NCBI GenBank assembly: GCA_041674805.1
Contig: JBAYVA010000001.1
Span: forward strand, 262,612 to 326,611
Length of the DNA stretch: 64,000 nt
Direction of reading: 5' to 3'
Source of the DNA: Candidatus Magasanikiibacteriota bacterium
GTDB lineage: Bacteria; Patescibacteriota; Patescibacteriia; Magasanikbacterales; UBA922
Shown here: positions 34,838-46,801 of the stretch, in pieces
Layout of the letters: each line of letters opens with the position of its first letter
Position numbering within the stretch: position 1 is the first letter of the stretch
Program-made: the position numbers and the translations under genes
The notes under the pieces: model-generated
Databases searched by the model: none
Told to the model about the DNA's origin: nothing
The model's input: the letters and a program-made list of their open reading frames with translations, nothing else

Positions 34838-36412
34838 CTATAAGTCATTTCCCGTATATGACATATTAAAACTCTTATTAATTAGAGGAAAATCAGGGAT
34901 TATATTGTTTAAACCAGCCTCACCCAAGGCTGACCAATTGACGAAAGAAGGATCTCTTGGAAATACTCTACTAATATTGCCTTGTGCGTCTGTAGCTACG
35001 AAATAGGCTATTTCTCCACGCCAACCTTCCACCATACTTACAGCGTAAGCACTTTTTTGCAAAATAAGGCTAGTAATATTGGCTACAATACTTTCTCCCT
35101 CAGGTATTTTTTGCAAAGATTCTTGTATTATTTCCAATGATTTACGAATTTCTTTTAGACGAATTTGAAATCTAGCATTGACATCACCATCTTCTTCTAC
35201 AGGTATTTGACCCATAGAAACTTCGGCGTAAGCAGCATAAGGATGATCTACGCGTGTATCATGTTTTACACCTACTGCACGGCCAGCAACACCCAGAGTA
35301 CCTTGATTATTAGCCACTTCAAGAGAAATGATACCAGTACCCTTCAAACGATTTAATACAGAAGCACTATTTTCAGCAATATCAACAACTTCTTCAAAGT
35401 CTTTACTAATATCTTTGAGGATTTTATTTAAATAATCTTTGTTTTCATTAGTTATATCTTTCTTTACTCCACCAACAACATTGACTTGGCGCAAAAATCT
35501 ACTGCCTGTTATTTTTTCATTTATTTGCATCATCATTTCACGCAAACGTCCACCATGAGCTCCACCAAAACTAAAACCAGTATCCATCATAATAGCCCCA
35601 ATATCACCAAAATGATTAGCCAATCTTTCAAGTTCAGCAAAAATGGTTCTCAAATACAAGGCACGTTTTGGAACATTAGTTCCTGCCAATTTTTCTACTG
35701 TCTGACAAAAAGCTAAGGAGTGACTAAAAGAACTATCACCAGAAATTTTTTCTGACAAACGTATTTTATTTTCCAAAGACAAAACTTCAAATAATTTTTC
35801 ACTACCTTTGTGAACATACCCCAAACGTGGCTCAAGTTGTACGATACTTTCTCCAGCCATACTAAAACGAAAATGACCAGGTTCGATAATACCAGCATGA
35901 ATTGGACCAACAGGAATTTCATAAATTCCCTCACCTTTTACTTCTTGAAATTCATATTTACCAGTCACTTCTTTTAATTTAGTTTTCCATTCAAAATCTT
36001 TTCTAAGAGGAAAAACATTACTTGGATAATTTTCATGCAAAATAAGTGGTCTATTGTCTGGAATATCTGTAGCTACTAGACCAAAGAAAGTCTGAATTCT
36101 TCTTTCGTAGTTTAATATTTCAGGTACAATGTTAGCCAATGAAGGAAACTCAGTAGTATTTTTCAATTCAATAAAAGGACAGATAAAAAAATCATCACCA
36201 GGTACAGCAAATAAATACCAGATTTTGAAAGCTCCTTTTTCTTTTCTTTCGTCTGTAGCGGTAACCAACTTAAGTGAAAGCTTTTTTTGATTATGTAACT
36301 CTCCAACAATTTCAGCTATTTGTGAAGAAGTTACTTCGAAGATAGCCAAATTATCATGATACTCTACATTAGCATTCTTTGGAAAGTATGATTGTATTTT
36401 TTCTTTTATCAT
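34838..36412 (-). CDS. fused NuoC/NuoD-like (HycE/HyfG-like) large subunit lacking [NiFe]-ligand cysteines
   Basis: N-terminal 30-kDa-like domain plus GPIHAGIIEPGHFRF, where [NiFe] hydrogenases have RxCGxCxxxH. There is no C-terminal DPCxxC. Confidence 0.75.
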   Translation of the reverse strand: MIKEKIQSYFPKNANVEYHDNLAIFEVTSSQIAEIVGELHNQKKLSLKLVTATDERKEKGAFKIWYLFAVPGDDFFICPFIELKNTTEFPSLANIVPEILNYERRIQTFFGLVATDIPDNRPLILHENYPSNVFPLRKDFEWKTKLKEVTGKYEFQEVKGEGIYEIPVGPIHAGIIEPGHFRFSMAGESIVQLEPRLGYVHKGSEKLFEVLSLENKIRLSEKISGDSSFSHSLAFCQTVEKLAGTNVPKRALYLRTIFAELERLANHFGDIGAIMMDTGFSFGGAHGGRLREMMMQINEKITGSRFLRQVNVVGGVKKDITNENKDYLNKILKDISKDFEEVVDIAENSASVLNRLKGTGIISLEVANNQGTLGVAGRAVGVKHDTRVDHPYAAYAEVSMGQIPVEEDGDVNARFQIRLKEIRKSLEIIQESLQKIPEGESIVANITSLILQKSAYAVSMVEGWRGEIAYFVATDAQGNISRVFPRDPSFVNWSALGEAGLNNIIPDFPLINKSFNMSYTGNDL

Positions 36413-36413
36413 A

Positions 36414-37859
36414 TTAGTATTGCAAAACAGCATTATTAATTAAAGTCTGCAAAAATGGTGGTAAATAAACACTCAAAATAACTATAATAGTAACAAATAA
36501 AATTTGTGGAATAAACAACCAAATATTATTTTCACCTTTTTCAATATTGTCTGGTTTTTCTCCAAAAAACATAGCTGTAAAATGTTTCAAAAAACTTACA
36601 AAAACTAAGGCGAGAAAAAATAAAGCAATCAAACTAACAACAGGATAATCTTTTATACCAGCTGACAAAATATAAAGCTTGGTCATAAACATACCAAATG
36701 GTGGTACACCTGTCACAATCAGAAAACCAATAAGGGAGAGTACACCAGTCACAGGCAAGACTTTCAAAGCTCCTTTGACATTGAAAATTTTGGCAGAACT
36801 ATATTTTAATAACAAATTTCCTGAAGATAAAAAGAGTACAACTTTGACACAAGAATGATAAACTAAATGGAGTATGGCTGCAAAAATACCTAATCCTCCA
36901 AAACCAAAACCAAGTGCCATTACACCAGCATTTTCAATACTAGAATAAGCAAGCAATCTTTTGTAATTTTTGGCATTGAACATAATCAAAGCTGAGACAA
37001 CGATAGACAATAAACCAAAAACAATCAATAGAGTTTGACTAAACAAAGTTCCAACTGCAGTGTCTACAATAACTTTGTATCTAAGCATAATCACAAAAGC
37101 AATTGGTAACAAAGCGCCAGATAACAAAGCGCCTATAGGTGCTGGCGCTTTACTATAAGCATCTGGTTTCCAAGTGTGCATTGGAACAAAACCAATCTTA
37201 GTGCCATAACCAATAAGTACAAAAACGAAAGCAATCTTAGCAAGTAATGGATCAAGATGAACAGCATTGTTAGTCAATGTCTGCCAATCTACCAAACCAG
37301 CACTAGATAAATCAATAGAAGTAAAAAATAATAAAGTTCCAAAAAATCCCAAAAGTAAGCCAACAGAATTGATAATCAAATATTTCCAAGCTCCTTCAAT
37401 TGCTGATGGTTTATTGTAAAAACTTATCAAAAAGGCAGTAGACAGTGTAGTAGCTTCAATAGAAATCCAAGCAAAAATAGGATTACTAGAAGTAATTGCC
37501 AAAAACATTGCCACAAAAAACATATTCAACAAAACAAAATATTGTTTTACACGTGTAAAACCAATAATATTTTTTTGCATTTCTTGACGTAAATATTGTA
37601 CAGAATAAATAGTAGTAGCAAAACCAACAAAACCAAGAACTAAGACGATAATGGCACCCAAAGAATCAATTGAAAAGAATCTTCCAGAACCTGGTATATA
37701 AATTCCTAATGAGGCCACTTTCAAAGCTACAACAATAGACAATACCAAAGAAATTAACGAAGAAACAACTGAAACAACTTCAATAACGACCTTTCTTTTA
37801 GAAAGAAGGTTTATTATAGCTGCAATAAACAAAGTTATTATTATAAAAAAAATTTCCAT
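36414..37859 (-). CDS. NuoN/HyfF-like proton-conducting antiporter-type membrane subunit
   Basis: 481 aa with about 14 TM helices of the NuoL/M/N fold (WKPDAYSKAPAPIGALLSG). Confidence 0.7.
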   Translation of the reverse strand: MEIFFIIITLFIAAIINLLSKRKVVIEVVSVVSSLISLVLSIVVALKVASLGIYIPGSGRFFSIDSLGAIIVLVLGFVGFATTIYSVQYLRQEMQKNIIGFTRVKQYFVLLNMFFVAMFLAITSSNPIFAWISIEATTLSTAFLISFYNKPSAIEGAWKYLIINSVGLLLGFFGTLLFFTSIDLSSAGLVDWQTLTNNAVHLDPLLAKIAFVFVLIGYGTKIGFVPMHTWKPDAYSKAPAPIGALLSGALLPIAFVIMLRYKVIVDTAVGTLFSQTLLIVFGLLSIVVSALIMFNAKNYKRLLAYSSIENAGVMALGFGFGGLGIFAAILHLVYHSCVKVVLFLSSGNLLLKYSSAKIFNVKGALKVLPVTGVLSLIGFLIVTGVPPFGMFMTKLYILSAGIKDYPVVSLIALFFLALVFVSFLKHFTAMFFGEKPDNIEKGENNIWLFIPQILFVTIIVILSVYLPPFLQTLINNAVLQY

Positions 37860-37863
37860 ATTT

Positions 37864-38511
37864 TTAATCTTTTAATTTTTTCATTGAAGAAACATTTAGT
37901 GTTCCAAAATGTTTATACAACATTGAAATAAAAATTGAGGCAATCATAATCCAAATAAAAATATTAAAAATAATTCCCAATTGAAGAGAAGCCGACTGTT
38001 CCAACTCAGCAAAAACAGCAAACAACACAATACTATTTTCAAAAGACAAAATACCAATAATTTGTGACAAAGCACCTTTACGATTGACTATCAAAAATAA
38101 AGAAAGAAACATCGATGATAAAGCAAGAGACAACAACATTTGATGATCTGGTACGATACTAGTCAAAGGAACAAACTTATGTGAATGAGCTATAAAAATT
38201 AAAACAGCAATAACAATTAAGGTAATTGGTGTATTTAAATAAGTACTAACAGAAAAAGACAGAGCATACTTTTTGATCAGACTAATAAAAAACTTTGGTG
38301 CCACAATAACTTTGACAATCAACATCACAAATATAACTAATAACATCCACAAATCTTTGGTCTCAAAAAAAGAATTCAACAATATAATAACAACTACTAA
38401 TGATTGTAAAGCATATGCATATACAGCTGAAAAGTTTTTCTTCATTATCAGCAAAAAGACAACAGATAATAGAACTATCTCAGATAAAAATTGTAAAGTT
38501 AATAGATTCAT
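37864..38511 (-). CDS. HyfE-like membrane subunit (NuoK-related)
   Basis: 215 aa. GILSFENSIVLFAV...HFGTLNVSSMKKLK parallels the E. coli HyfE C-terminus (MENGSHLVL...HGTLDVNNLTALK). Confidence 0.65.
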   Translation of the reverse strand: MNLLTLQFLSEIVLLSVVFLLIMKKNFSAVYAYALQSLVVVIILLNSFFETKDLWMLLVIFVMLIVKVIVAPKFFISLIKKYALSFSVSTYLNTPITLIVIAVLIFIAHSHKFVPLTSIVPDHQMLLSLALSSMFLSLFLIVNRKGALSQIIGILSFENSIVLFAVFAELEQSASLQLGIIFNIFIWIMIASIFISMLYKHFGTLNVSSMKKLKD

Positions 38512-38544
38512 AAGTTATCACTATAAAAAACAAAGTTAGATGTT

Positions 38545-39480
38545 TTATTTAATTGAATAAATAAGTCCAATTGCCACAACATTGAAAATAAAAGAAATAA
38601 ATAATAAATCTGGCAATCTGAAAAATCTAAATTTAGCAATAGTTGATTCTAGCACAGCAATAGCACCACAAAATAAAAATATTTTTATTAAAAAATAAAA
38701 AATACTCAAAAATATTGCAGTAAATCCAACATTAGTATCAAAACCAAATGGAAAAAATAAATTAGCACCAAGTACCATAAAAATAAGTAATTTGTTGGCA
38801 GCAGCCCATTCCATAAGTGCCAAACGTTTACCAGAAAATTCCAAAATCATAGCTTCATGCACCATAGTCAATTCCAAATGAGTTGATGGATTATCAAAAG
38901 GAAATCTAGCATTCTCAGCTAACAAAACAATGAAAAAACCACAGAAAGCAAGTATTGCTGGCAAAAAGTATTGACCACTAATTGATTGACTAAAGTTTGC
39001 AATGTCAAAAAGGTTACTAGAACCAGCTATCAACGCCATAGTTAAAAGTGAAAAAATGAAGCCTCCTTCAGCCAAAGCTGAAATAGTCATTTCACGACTT
39101 GAACCAAAACCACCAAAAGCACTACCAGTATCGACACCAGCCAAAGCCATAAAAAAAGTACCAATAGCTAAAGTATAGACAACAAATAAAATATCACTAG
39201 TAACAAAACCTGCAATAAGTGGAAAAAAAATAGGTATACTAAAGCCAACCACCAAAGTTACAGCAAAAACAATATAAGGAGTAAATCGAAAAACCCAAGA
39301 AGCATCATTACTTATAACTTCATCTTTATGTAAAAGTTTCCAAATATCTCTATAAGGTTGAAAAATATTGGCACCTTGACGATTTTGTAACTTAGCTTTT
39401 ATTTTTCTAATGATACCAATACACAAAGGTGACAACGCTGGTACAAAAAATAATTGGATTATCCAAATAAATATTGACAT
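38545..39480 (-). CDS. NuoH/HycD-like membrane subunit
   Basis: LLAENARFPFDNPSTHLELTMVHEAMILEFSG matches the NuoH signature E..R.PFD..E.ESEL. Confidence 0.75.
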   Translation of the reverse strand: MSIFIWIIQLFFVPALSPLCIGIIRKIKAKLQNRQGANIFQPYRDIWKLLHKDEVISNDASWVFRFTPYIVFAVTLVVGFSIPIFFPLIAGFVTSDILFVVYTLAIGTFFMALAGVDTGSAFGGFGSSREMTISALAEGGFIFSLLTMALIAGSSNLFDIANFSQSISGQYFLPAILAFCGFFIVLLAENARFPFDNPSTHLELTMVHEAMILEFSGKRLALMEWAAANKLLIFMVLGANLFFPFGFDTNVGFTAIFLSIFYFLIKIFLFCGAIAVLESTIAKFRFFRLPDLLFISFIFNVVAIGLIYSIK

Positions 39481-39484
39481 AAAA

Positions 39485-40291
39485 TTATAATATTACGAGT
39501 AGAGCTAGCATAAGAGCTACAAAAATATAAGTGATATAAAGATCGATATTACCATTCTGTATAGTCTTAGCTTTTACAGATAACTTATTGATTACTATAT
39601 GTATAGGTTGATAAAAGTAAGTATTGTATATATTACTAATACTCAAAGTGATTGTTCTTGATTTTGGTAAATATCTATTTTGATCATCATAATATTCAAT
39701 GTTATGTTGAATAGTTGGTTTGAGTAAACCTTTGAAAATCAATATTATTGATCGTGAGAATCCTGTAGCTGTTATTTCAGCACGTGGAGTAAGATCTGTA
39801 CCACAATCCCAAGTATTGGTCTTACATTCTTTTTGTGTTTTGTTAATTACTTTTTTGAAAATTAAAATTACCAAAAAAGTAGAAACCACAAGCAAAAGAA
39901 AAATAAACATACCAGAGATTGAAGAAAATCCATTAGAAACACTCATACTTTGATTAGAAGAAACATTTACAGCAGAAGCTGAATCTTTGAAGATGCTCAA
40001 ACTTTGACTTATGATATTGATAAGACTAATTACATATCCAGAAAATATACCAAACAAAAGTGTCAACAATGCTAAAGCACCCATACCTAAACGCATAGAA
40101 AAAGGAGATTCTTTGGCATGTTTCACTTCCTTACTACGTGGACGAGCCAAAAAAGTAGCTGCAAAAGCTTTGACAAAACAAGCAAGTGCTAATCCCCCAG
40201 TAAATACCAATGATCCTGCTGCCAAAATAAATATCCATTGTGTTACAAAATGCATTTGATTTATTCCTTGAAACAAAGCTTGGTAAGTCAA
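39485..40291 (-). CDS. membrane protein, possibly the split C-terminal part of the NuoL/HyfB-like subunit
   Basis: Overlaps the upstream NuoL-like ORF by 4 nt (ATGA). 268 aa with TM segments. The two ORFs together total about 680 aa, similar to HyfB. Confidence 0.4.
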   Translation of the reverse strand: MTYQALFQGINQMHFVTQWIFILAAGSLVFTGGLALACFVKAFAATFLARPRSKEVKHAKESPFSMRLGMGALALLTLLFGIFSGYVISLINIISQSLSIFKDSASAVNVSSNQSMSVSNGFSSISGMFIFLLLVVSTFLVILIFKKVINKTQKECKTNTWDCGTDLTPRAEITATGFSRSIILIFKGLLKPTIQHNIEYYDDQNRYLPKSRTITLSISNIYNTYFYQPIHIVINKLSVKAKTIQNGNIDLYITYIFVALMLALLVIL

Positions 40292-41535
40292 CCACTCACT
40301 AAAAAACCATTAAACGGTGGCAAGGCAGAAATAGCAATTGAACCAATAAGAAAGAAGAAAGCTGTTTGTGGCATGTACTTTATTAGACCACCATATTCCT
40401 CCATATTACGAGTATGTACTTGATTTATTACTGACCCTGCACTCAAGAAAAGTAAAGCCTTGAAAATAGCATGATTAAGTGTGTGAAATAAGGCTGCACC
40501 AAGGCCAAGCAAAGCCAAAGCTGGTAAATTTAGAGAATAAAAAGTCAAAGCACTGCCCAAACCAAGCAAGATAATACCAATGTTTTCTATACTATGATAA
40601 GCGAGCAATCTCTTGATATCATGCTCAGTAAGAGCATACAAAACTCCAAGTAAAGATGAAATTGAACCAATCACTAATATTACTAATCCCCACCAATATG
40701 GTGCTGGAGCAAGAATGTCCAAAAACAATCTTACCATCATATAGATACCAGTCTTAATCATGACACCTGAGAGTATTGCTGAAACATGAGAAGGGGCAGC
40801 TGGATGAGCGGCTGGTAACCAAATATGCAATGGAATAATACCAGCTTTCAAGCCAAAACCAATAAAAGCAGAAACGAAAATAATATTTTTTATAAATGCT
40901 GGAACAAGAGCTATATTTTCTTTTATCACTAGAAAATCAAAAGAACCAATATACTTAAACAAAAGCAAAAAAGCTAAAATAATAAAAGCTGTACCAATAT
41001 AAGTCATCACCAAATACAAAAAACCTGCCTTTACATTATCTTGATCATTTTTTTCATAAACAATCAAGAAATATGAAGTCACCGCCATTATTTCCCAAAA
41101 AATAAGGAAAAAAAGAGCATTAGAAGATGTTACTACTAAAAGAACACTTGCAATAAAAATATTATAAAAAAATCCAAGAGCACCTATGCTATATTTTTTA
41201 TAGTAATGTCTTATGTAACCTATACCATATATAGAACAAAACAAAGCTATCAAAGAAATTACAAAAACAAAAAAACTAGACAACAAGTCAATATGAAAAG
41301 ACAAAGTGAAAAGTGAAAAAACAGATGTTTTTAGGTCAAACAACAAACTACTTTTTGTTAAAATTGATGTAATCGAAAAAATTAAACCCCATAAAGAACC
41401 AACAATCGCAAAAAAACTATTCCAACCATTTGCGTATTTATCATTTTTGAGGAAAAACAAAGAACCAACAGCTCCAACAAAAAATAAGGAAAGTAAAATA
41501 AAAAAGCTAATTGGTGAGGTAATGATTTCTAACAT
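40288..41535 (-). CDS. NuoL/HyfB/HycC-like antiporter-type membrane subunit (N-terminal part)
   Basis: NuoL/M/N core motifs (LHTLNHAIFKALLFLSAGSV, WLPAAHPAAPSHVSAILSGV). Confidence 0.7.
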   Translation of the reverse strand: MLEIITSPISFFILLSLFFVGAVGSLFFLKNDKYANGWNSFFAIVGSLWGLIFSITSILTKSSLLFDLKTSVFSLFTLSFHIDLLSSFFVFVISLIALFCSIYGIGYIRHYYKKYSIGALGFFYNIFIASVLLVVTSSNALFFLIFWEIMAVTSYFLIVYEKNDQDNVKAGFLYLVMTYIGTAFIILAFLLLFKYIGSFDFLVIKENIALVPAFIKNIIFVSAFIGFGLKAGIIPLHIWLPAAHPAAPSHVSAILSGVMIKTGIYMMVRLFLDILAPAPYWWGLVILVIGSISSLLGVLYALTEHDIKRLLAYHSIENIGIILLGLGSALTFYSLNLPALALLGLGAALFHTLNHAIFKALLFLSAGSVINQVHTRNMEEYGGLIKYMPQTAFFFLIGSIAISALPPFNGFLVSG

Positions 41536-41536
41536 A

Positions 41537-42079
41537 TTATTTTTTTTGTGAAGGTTTATTTTCTATTGTTTCGAGAATTTTAAGTAAGGATTGAAGAATA
41601 AAAGTAGGTGTAGGAGGGTCACCAGGAATTTGATAATCTACAGGTATCACTGAATCGACACCATTTAAAACAGCATAAGAATCTTTGAATATTCCTCCAT
41701 CAATAGCGTCATCCCCTACTGCTACTACAATTTTAGGGTTAGGTGTACCATCATAAGCATCTTTGAGTGCCTTAGCCATATTTTTCGCCACAGGACCTGT
41801 TACAAGTAACATGTCAGCGTGTCTTGGAGATGCCACAAAATGAATACCAAAACGTTCAACATCATAGAAACTGTTAGACAAAGCTACTAGTTCTTGTTCA
41901 CAAGAATTATCTGATCCAGCATCAATTTGTCTGATAGCCAAAGAACCCCTAAATAATTTTTTTACTTTATCTTGTATTTTTTCTCCAATTTCAAAAAAAT
42001 CCTTTTGGTTAAGATCATCTTTTGAAATAGAAATTATATTTTTTGGTGTTTTGAATATTTTTACAAAAAGTTTCAACAT
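41537..42079 (-). CDS. NuoB/HycG-like small subunit lacking Fe-S cluster cysteines
   Basis: RFGIHFVASPRHADMLLVTGPV...VVAVGDDAIDGGIF...GVDSVIPVDYQIPGDPP. NuoB has GACA and PGCPP at these positions, so the Cys are replaced by Asp. Confidence 0.75.
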   Translation of the reverse strand: MLKLFVKIFKTPKNIISISKDDLNQKDFFEIGEKIQDKVKKLFRGSLAIRQIDAGSDNSCEQELVALSNSFYDVERFGIHFVASPRHADMLLVTGPVAKNMAKALKDAYDGTPNPKIVVAVGDDAIDGGIFKDSYAVLNGVDSVIPVDYQIPGDPPTPTFILQSLLKILETIENKPSQKK

Positions 42080-42263
42080 ATAGACCTTAAAATAATATTT
42101 TATTATACTTTACAAAAAATCACTAAAATGTGAACATACCTACGATTAGCAGATTTATAACAGGACATATTTTCTCACTAAATAAACTAATTGTCAACCC
42201 AATAAATTTATATTATACACATGAAAAAATCAAAAAACCACTTTTGAAAAGTGGTCTTACCTT

Positions 42264-42692
42264 TTATCTTAATTTTCTGTATTTGTTGGCAACCCTGATT
42301 CTGTTCATTTCTTTATCAATAAGTGCTTGCAGTCTAGCATAATCAACATCTTCAGTATTTTTGACTTTTTCCATTTCTTCCTCAGCCCTCTTACGAGCTT
42401 CTTCAGCTCTAGCAAGATCAATATTATCAGCTCTTTCAGCACTATCAGCCAAGATGACTAATTCACTATTTGCTCTCACTTCCAAAAAACCACCAGAGAT
42501 AGCATAAGGATGTTCACCATCTTTATCTTTGATTCTCATTTCTCCAGCTTGAAGAACAGAAACCATAGGAATATGGCTTGGCAATACGGTAATTTCACCA
42601 GAAGTTGTTGGAATACTTACTTGAAAAACATCATTTTTGTAAACTTTTTTTTCTGGTGTGATTATTGTAAATTTTAAAGTTTGTGTTGACAT
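42264..42692 (-). CDS. atpC: F1 ATP synthase epsilon subunit
   Basis: N-terminal beta-sandwich plus C-terminal helical hairpin. Position after atpD. Confidence 0.85.
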   Translation of the reverse strand: MSTQTLKFTIITPEKKVYKNDVFQVSIPTTSGEITVLPSHIPMVSVLQAGEMRIKDKDGEHPYAISGGFLEVRANSELVILADSAERADNIDLARAEEARKRAEEEMEKVKNTEDVDYARLQALIDKEMNRIRVANKYRKLR

Positions 42693-42781
42693 AGATACAA
42701 ATTTTATCTCAATATATCTCTATTTTATCTCTATCTTATTATAAGGAGATAAATGGAGATAATGTAGAGATATGGTTTTAT
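42693..42781. repeat. GAGATAA-type repeat element inserted between atpD and atpC
   Basis: atatctctattttatctctatc ... aaggagataaatggagataatgtagagatat (imperfect inverted repeat). Confidence 0.5.
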
Positions 42782-44173
<1,392 letters not shown>

Positions 44174-44200
44174 TTAGTTGATTTGTTTTTAAAATATTTA

Positions 44201-45166
44201 TTAATTTAATGCTGCAGCACCACCAGCAATTTCTGCGATTTCTTGAGTAATAGCAGCTTGTCTAGTCTTGTTATAAGTAAGATTCAATTCTTTGATCATA
44301 TCATTTGCTGAGTCACCTGCATTTTTCATAGCCAACATGCGAGCACTGTGTTCACTAGCAGAGCTTTCAAGCAAAGATTGATATATTTGCATTTCTACAA
44401 GTCTAGGTAAAATTGTTTTCAAAACTTCAGCCTTACCTGGTTCAAATAAGTATTCATTCAATTGTTCTTGTTTTCCTTTATTCAAAGTTCTATCTTTTAG
44501 GTCTTCATCACGACCAAGTTCAGTAATCATTTTTTCCAAATCAAATTCTGAAATTGGTAAAACTTGACGAATTTTAGCTTCTTGAGCCACAGCTGAACGA
44601 TAATCTGTATAAGATACTACAACTTTATCATATTTTTTTTCTATATAATTTCCAATTATCATCTGTGAAGCTGTCATAACATCTTCCAAAACCGGTTTAT
44701 CTGAAATACTATTGAAAGAAGCAATCAAGTTGTAACCGTGTTTTTTACAAAAATCAGCACCTTTTTTACCAATACCAATCACATCTACTTCCACACTTTC
44801 ACTAGGCTGAGTATGTTTATTACGAGCACGTTGAAAACTAATATTTCTTGGATCTTTTAGTTGAGCTGCAGTTTTTTTGATAATATTGGAATTGAAACTT
44901 CCACACAAACCACGATTGGAAGTAATCAAAATTAACAATATTCTTTTTACTTGTCTTATTTCGAGCAAAGGCATTGATTCCTTTTCAGTCTTTGACAGAT
45001 TTATCAACAAATCCCACGCAGTAGTAGCGTATTCTCTAGTATCCAAAGCAGCCTGCACAGCTTTGCGCATTTTGGCAGCCGAAACCATTTCCATCGCCTT
45101 AGTAATTTTTTTGGTGTTGGAAACTGATTTGATTCTAGTTTTGATTGCTTTAGCACTTACAGCCAT
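44201..45166 (-). CDS. atpG: F1 ATP synthase gamma subunit
   Basis: Conserved N- and C-terminal helices (AITQEIAEIAGGAAAL). Confidence 0.9.
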   Translation of the reverse strand: MAVSAKAIKTRIKSVSNTKKITKAMEMVSAAKMRKAVQAALDTREYATTAWDLLINLSKTEKESMPLLEIRQVKRILLILITSNRGLCGSFNSNIIKKTAAQLKDPRNISFQRARNKHTQPSESVEVDVIGIGKKGADFCKKHGYNLIASFNSISDKPVLEDVMTASQMIIGNYIEKKYDKVVVSYTDYRSAVAQEAKIRQVLPISEFDLEKMITELGRDEDLKDRTLNKGKQEQLNEYLFEPGKAEVLKTILPRLVEMQIYQSLLESSASEHSARMLAMKNAGDSANDMIKELNLTYNKTRQAAITQEIAEIAGGAAALN

Positions 45167-45237
45167 ATAATTTAATAAAAAGTTTAAAGTTTAAAGTATC
45201 TGTGTTAATCCGCGTCATTATCTGATTATTCTGCGTC

Positions 45238-46725
45238 TTATTTCTTAAATTCTTCACAAACACCTTTCAAATCCGCAATAATACTATCATCCCATTCACC
45301 TTTAGAGATTTTTTCTAACAAAGATTGGTGACCACCTCTAACAAAATCCAAAAATTTTTCTTCTGTTTTCAAAATATCAGTAACAGCAACATCATCAAAA
45401 TAACCGCTATCTACTGCAAAAATAGAAGCAACTTGATCTTCAACATGCATTGGACTATATTGAGGTTGTTTCATAAGTTCTACTACTCTAGCACCTCTAT
45501 CCAATTGTTTCTTTGTTTCGACATCTAGATCACTAGCAAATTGAGCAAAAGCTTCAAGTTCACGATATTGAGCAAGAGCAAGCTTAATTTTACCAGAAAC
45601 TTTTTTCATTGGTTTGGTTTGAGCAGCACCACCTACACGAGAAACTGAAATACCGACATTAACAGCTGGACGAATACCCTTGAAAAACAAATCTGTTTCC
45701 AAGAAAATTTGTCCATCAGTGATAGAAATTACGTTGGTTGGAATATAAGCAGTCACGTCAGAAGCTTGTGTTTCAATAATAGGCAAAGCGGTGATAGATC
45801 CACCACCATGTTCTTTGTTCAAGTTACAAGCACGTTCCAAAAGACGGGAATGAAGATAAAAAACATCTCCAGGATAAGCTTCACGTCCTGGTGGGCGTCT
45901 TAGAAGCAAAGAAATTTCACGATAAGCCCAAGCTTGTTTTGTCAAATCATCATAAACGATTAAGACATCTTCACCTTTATCAGCGAAGTATTCAGCCATA
46001 GTTACACCAGCATATGGAGCAATAAAAGACATAGCAGCAGGATCAGATGCACCAGCGACAACAACAGTTGTATATTCCATAGCACCATTTTCTTCAAGTT
46101 TAGCTACGATACGAGCTACTTTTGACTCTTTTTGTCCAATAGCTACATAAATACATTTCATGTTTTGACCTTTTTGGTTGATGATAGCATCAATTGCAAT
46201 AGCTGTTTTACCAGTTTGACGATCACCAATGATAAGCTCACGTTGTCCACGTCCAATTGGAATCATAGCGTCAATAGCTTTGATACCAGTCTGTACAGGA
46301 ACACCAACAGGTTGACGACTCATCACACCAGGAGCTGTTTTTTCGATAGGATAAAATTCTTTTGTAACAATATCACCTTTACCATCAATAGCTTGACCAA
46401 GAGCATTTACCACACGACCAATCACTTTTTCACCAACTGGTACTGACAAAATTCTACCAGTTCTTTTGACAGTGTCACCTTCTTTGATTTTTTCATATTC
46501 ACCAAGAATCATGGCACCAACAGTCTCTTCTTCCAAATTCAAAGCTACACCCATGATACCACCTGGGAATTCAAGCATCTCTTGAGATTGACAACTTGTC
46601 AGACCACTCATACGAGCAATACCGTCCCCTACTTCAATAACAGTACCGACTTCTTCTACTTCTACTGTTTTTTGAAAAGCAGAAATATGTTTTTTTAGTT
46701 CTTCGATTACTTGATTTGTAGACAT
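45238..46725 (-). CDS. atpA: F1 ATP synthase alpha subunit
   Basis: [12 protein letters not shown]-loop; 495 aa. Confidence 0.97.
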   Translation of the reverse strand: MSTNQVIEELKKHISAFQKTVEVEEVGTVIEVGDGIARMSGLTSCQSQEMLEFPGGIMGVALNLEEETVGAMILGEYEKIKEGDTVKRTGRILSVPVGEKVIGRVVNALGQAIDGKGDIVTKEFYPIEKTAPGVMSRQPVGVPVQTGIKAIDAMIPIGRGQRELIIGDRQTGKTAIAIDAIINQKGQNMKCIYVAIGQKESKVARIVAKLEENGAMEYTTVVVAGASDPAAMSFIAPYAGVTMAEYFADKGEDVLIVYDDLTKQAWAYREISLLLRRPPGREAYPGDVFYLHSRLLERACNLNKEHGGGSITALPIIETQASDVTAYIPTNVISITDGQIFLETDLFFKGIRPAVNVGISVSRVGGAAQTKPMKKVSGKIKLALAQYRELEAFAQFASDLDVETKKQLDRGARVVELMKQPQYSPMHVEDQVASIFAVDSGYFDDVAVTDILKTEEKFLDFVRGGHQSLLEKISKGEWDDSIIADLKGVCEEFKK

Positions 46726-46801
46726 ATGTTTTTTTACTAATCTTGAGCGGAACGAAAGATCTGTAGACCCTGCGAACGCTTCTTTTAATTTAAATGTTTT
46801 T

